Source of the DNA: Phoronis australis
Lineage: Eukaryota > Animalia > Phoronida
Direction of reading: 5' to 3'
DNA length: 64,000 nt
Assembly: GCA_002633005.1 (NCBI GenBank)
Contig: NMRA01000087.1
Location: 248,001 to 312,000 of the forward strand
Shown here: piece after piece, positions 61,946-64,000 of the stretch
How the letters are laid out: every line of letters starts with the position of its first letter
How positions within the stretch are numbered: position 1 is the stretch's first letter
Position numbers and translations under genes: made by a program
The notes under the pieces: model-generated
The model's input: only the letters and a program-made list of their open reading frames with translations
What the model was told of the DNA's origin: nothing
Database searches by the model: none

Positions 61946-64000
61946 CACGAGACGAGTACAGCTATCTGAGAACTAACGAACTCTTTAAAATGTCATTAGA
62001 ATTAAAAAAATTCTGAGGTGTGGTGGTCCCTGGCTGACAGATAGCCTTGTGACAAAGTTGAGAAAATGGCGAATTTAGGTCAGAGTGTCAACAACTGATC
62101 AAAAGATGAATTACTGGACATGTTGACGTGGAATGTTTGTGCAAATTAACACACGCAATGGTGCTCTCCAAACCAGTTACGGATATCTTGTCTACATTGT
62201 GTCTTACGTGCAGTATACTGTCCTGCATTTTCGATCAACTTCGAGTTTTTAATCGTGTAAGTGGACACCAGTATCCGAACGCCCATTCCATCTTCTTTCT
62301 GATTATCACTAGTCCCAGTGCAACCTTTCTCTCTTCCTTCGGTTACCCATTTACTAACAAGAACCTCCAATCTCCCCCGATCTTTTCCCTTTGCCTGATG
62401 GTAATCGTCACGTGACAGTAATCATATTTCCACGTGTGACACTTACTAATTGTACCTCAAAATACGGATACTGTGTCCATCTCTACATGCCACACTTTCA
62501 CATTTTTTATGTTCACGTTCATCTCCATAGACACAAATAGTTGCGTGGATGATCGTACATTTCGTGTTTATTGACGTCAAACGCAGTCGGTGGGTTTACG
62601 TTTTTAGATGAACGAGGGAAGTATATGTTCATAAGAAAAGACTTATGAAATCAGTGCTTAGGGGGCGAAACTTCTCTGATAATAGTAGTTTCAATAATTA
62701 TTTACAAATTTATATGAGCTTTTGCTTCAAAGAGCTGCAATATTATTTGAAGTATTTTGTATTGTAGTATATATATATACATTATTTGCTTTCTGTTAAA
62801 ATCTTGTGACAAATAATTCAGAAATATAATCTACGCTTAGTTGAAATATCTTTGAGTTTTTCTCTGACCAAAACGTGAACATTTAGTGTCAACCTATTTA
62901 GAGTACACTCAGATGGTCATTTGTAAATCCAGGAATACCTCAGGCCATCTTCTGATGTCATGTAAACCGATGTATTAATTGTTCAATGACAGAGATGCGT
63001 TTACCAGTCATACGCTTAAGTCATGCTTGTCCGTCTTACTATGTTACATTTTTTACATTTTAACATTAATACTGTACACGAACAGACTACCATACTAACT
63101 GGGTATTCAAAAACCCAACCAAAAGAAATGTTCAAGGTGAAAAAAACACTGCACACACTTTAGCGCAGCACTCTTAAAAAAGCGGAACTTCTTTCTGTGG
63201 CAGCTAACATATACGACAAATATAAGAACATATTGATACACGGATACAACAATACAAAAGCTTCAATCGAAAATATTTCAGTTGCAGAAATCTGTTAAAT
63301 AATTCTCAACAATTAAAATGGTATTAAACCAGTGCTTTCTGTCAAAAATAAACTTTTGATTTAGCCAACTTATCGTTACAAAATTGATTTTATCTTGTTC
63401 CTTACTCTGCTTAGAAGTAATTTCTGGACGTGGCTTCTTCCAAGCCCTGAAATCGGACCTTTTTGACTAAGGAACAATTTGAGACCAAGTTCATAACGGT
63501 CTAGTTCATGTTTTGACAAAAAGCAAGGGTTTGATGCATCTTTACTTTAAACAAACAGTAAAAAAATACTTTTCGCGAGAAATTGCCCGTATAATTCTGA
63601 GCGCAAGCACGCGCACGTGATGACATAAGATATTAAGAATATCACGTGATAGAAAACTATGGCAATAAACGTTCCAACAAAGTCGGACAATTTTGTCCCC
63701 TTTTGCTTCAGTTGAAGTAGGTTCATCATATGTTTCTCACTGTTGGGTGCCTTTTGTTAGCTTGGTCCCAACCAATTTTCAGAACTCCCTTAGCAAGCGT
63801 GGAATGTCACGTGGTCTTCCGGCTGGTGTGCTAGTGGTGTGACGTATGTGAATTACAATATCAGTTGCTCGGATCCAAACTTAGCTTAGTCAATCAGGAT
63901 ATCTGTGCATGTATTCAATTACTGTCTTTTACCCAAGAAAAGACCTAATTGATGCCTTGGACAGAGTAATTATCGTATGTTGTTGGCAATACTGTGATTC

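Overview
Eukaryotic, AT-rich, intron-rich metazoan (probably invertebrate) genomic DNA; almost all entries in the ORF track are spurious. The window holds two divergently transcribed (head-to-head) paralogous genes that each begin with an ALP/Enigma (PDLIM/Zasp)-type PDZ domain. The minus-strand gene has coding exons at 17804-17706 and 4204-4056 and runs off the left edge. The plus-strand gene can be spliced by hand into nine coding exons from 25155 to about 61945 (about 351 aa: PDZ plus a Pro-rich tail with repeated FGxDY motifs, with no ZM or LIM domain seen). The 25-kb first intron of the plus gene contains four antisense tRNA-Cys(GCA) copies in graded states of decay, two of them in a local tandem duplication. 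It also contains a Kolobok-type element with TTAA target duplication and a THAP remnant, a LINE 3' end, a Helentron/DINE-like element carrying an array of CTCF-like motifs, MITEs and microsatellites. The minus-gene introns contain a decayed Academ-type transposon with an inserted tRNA-headed mini element, a two-copy MITE family and an inverted Penelope-like repeat with hammerhead-ribozyme-like cores. All calls come from manual reading; no database search was run.
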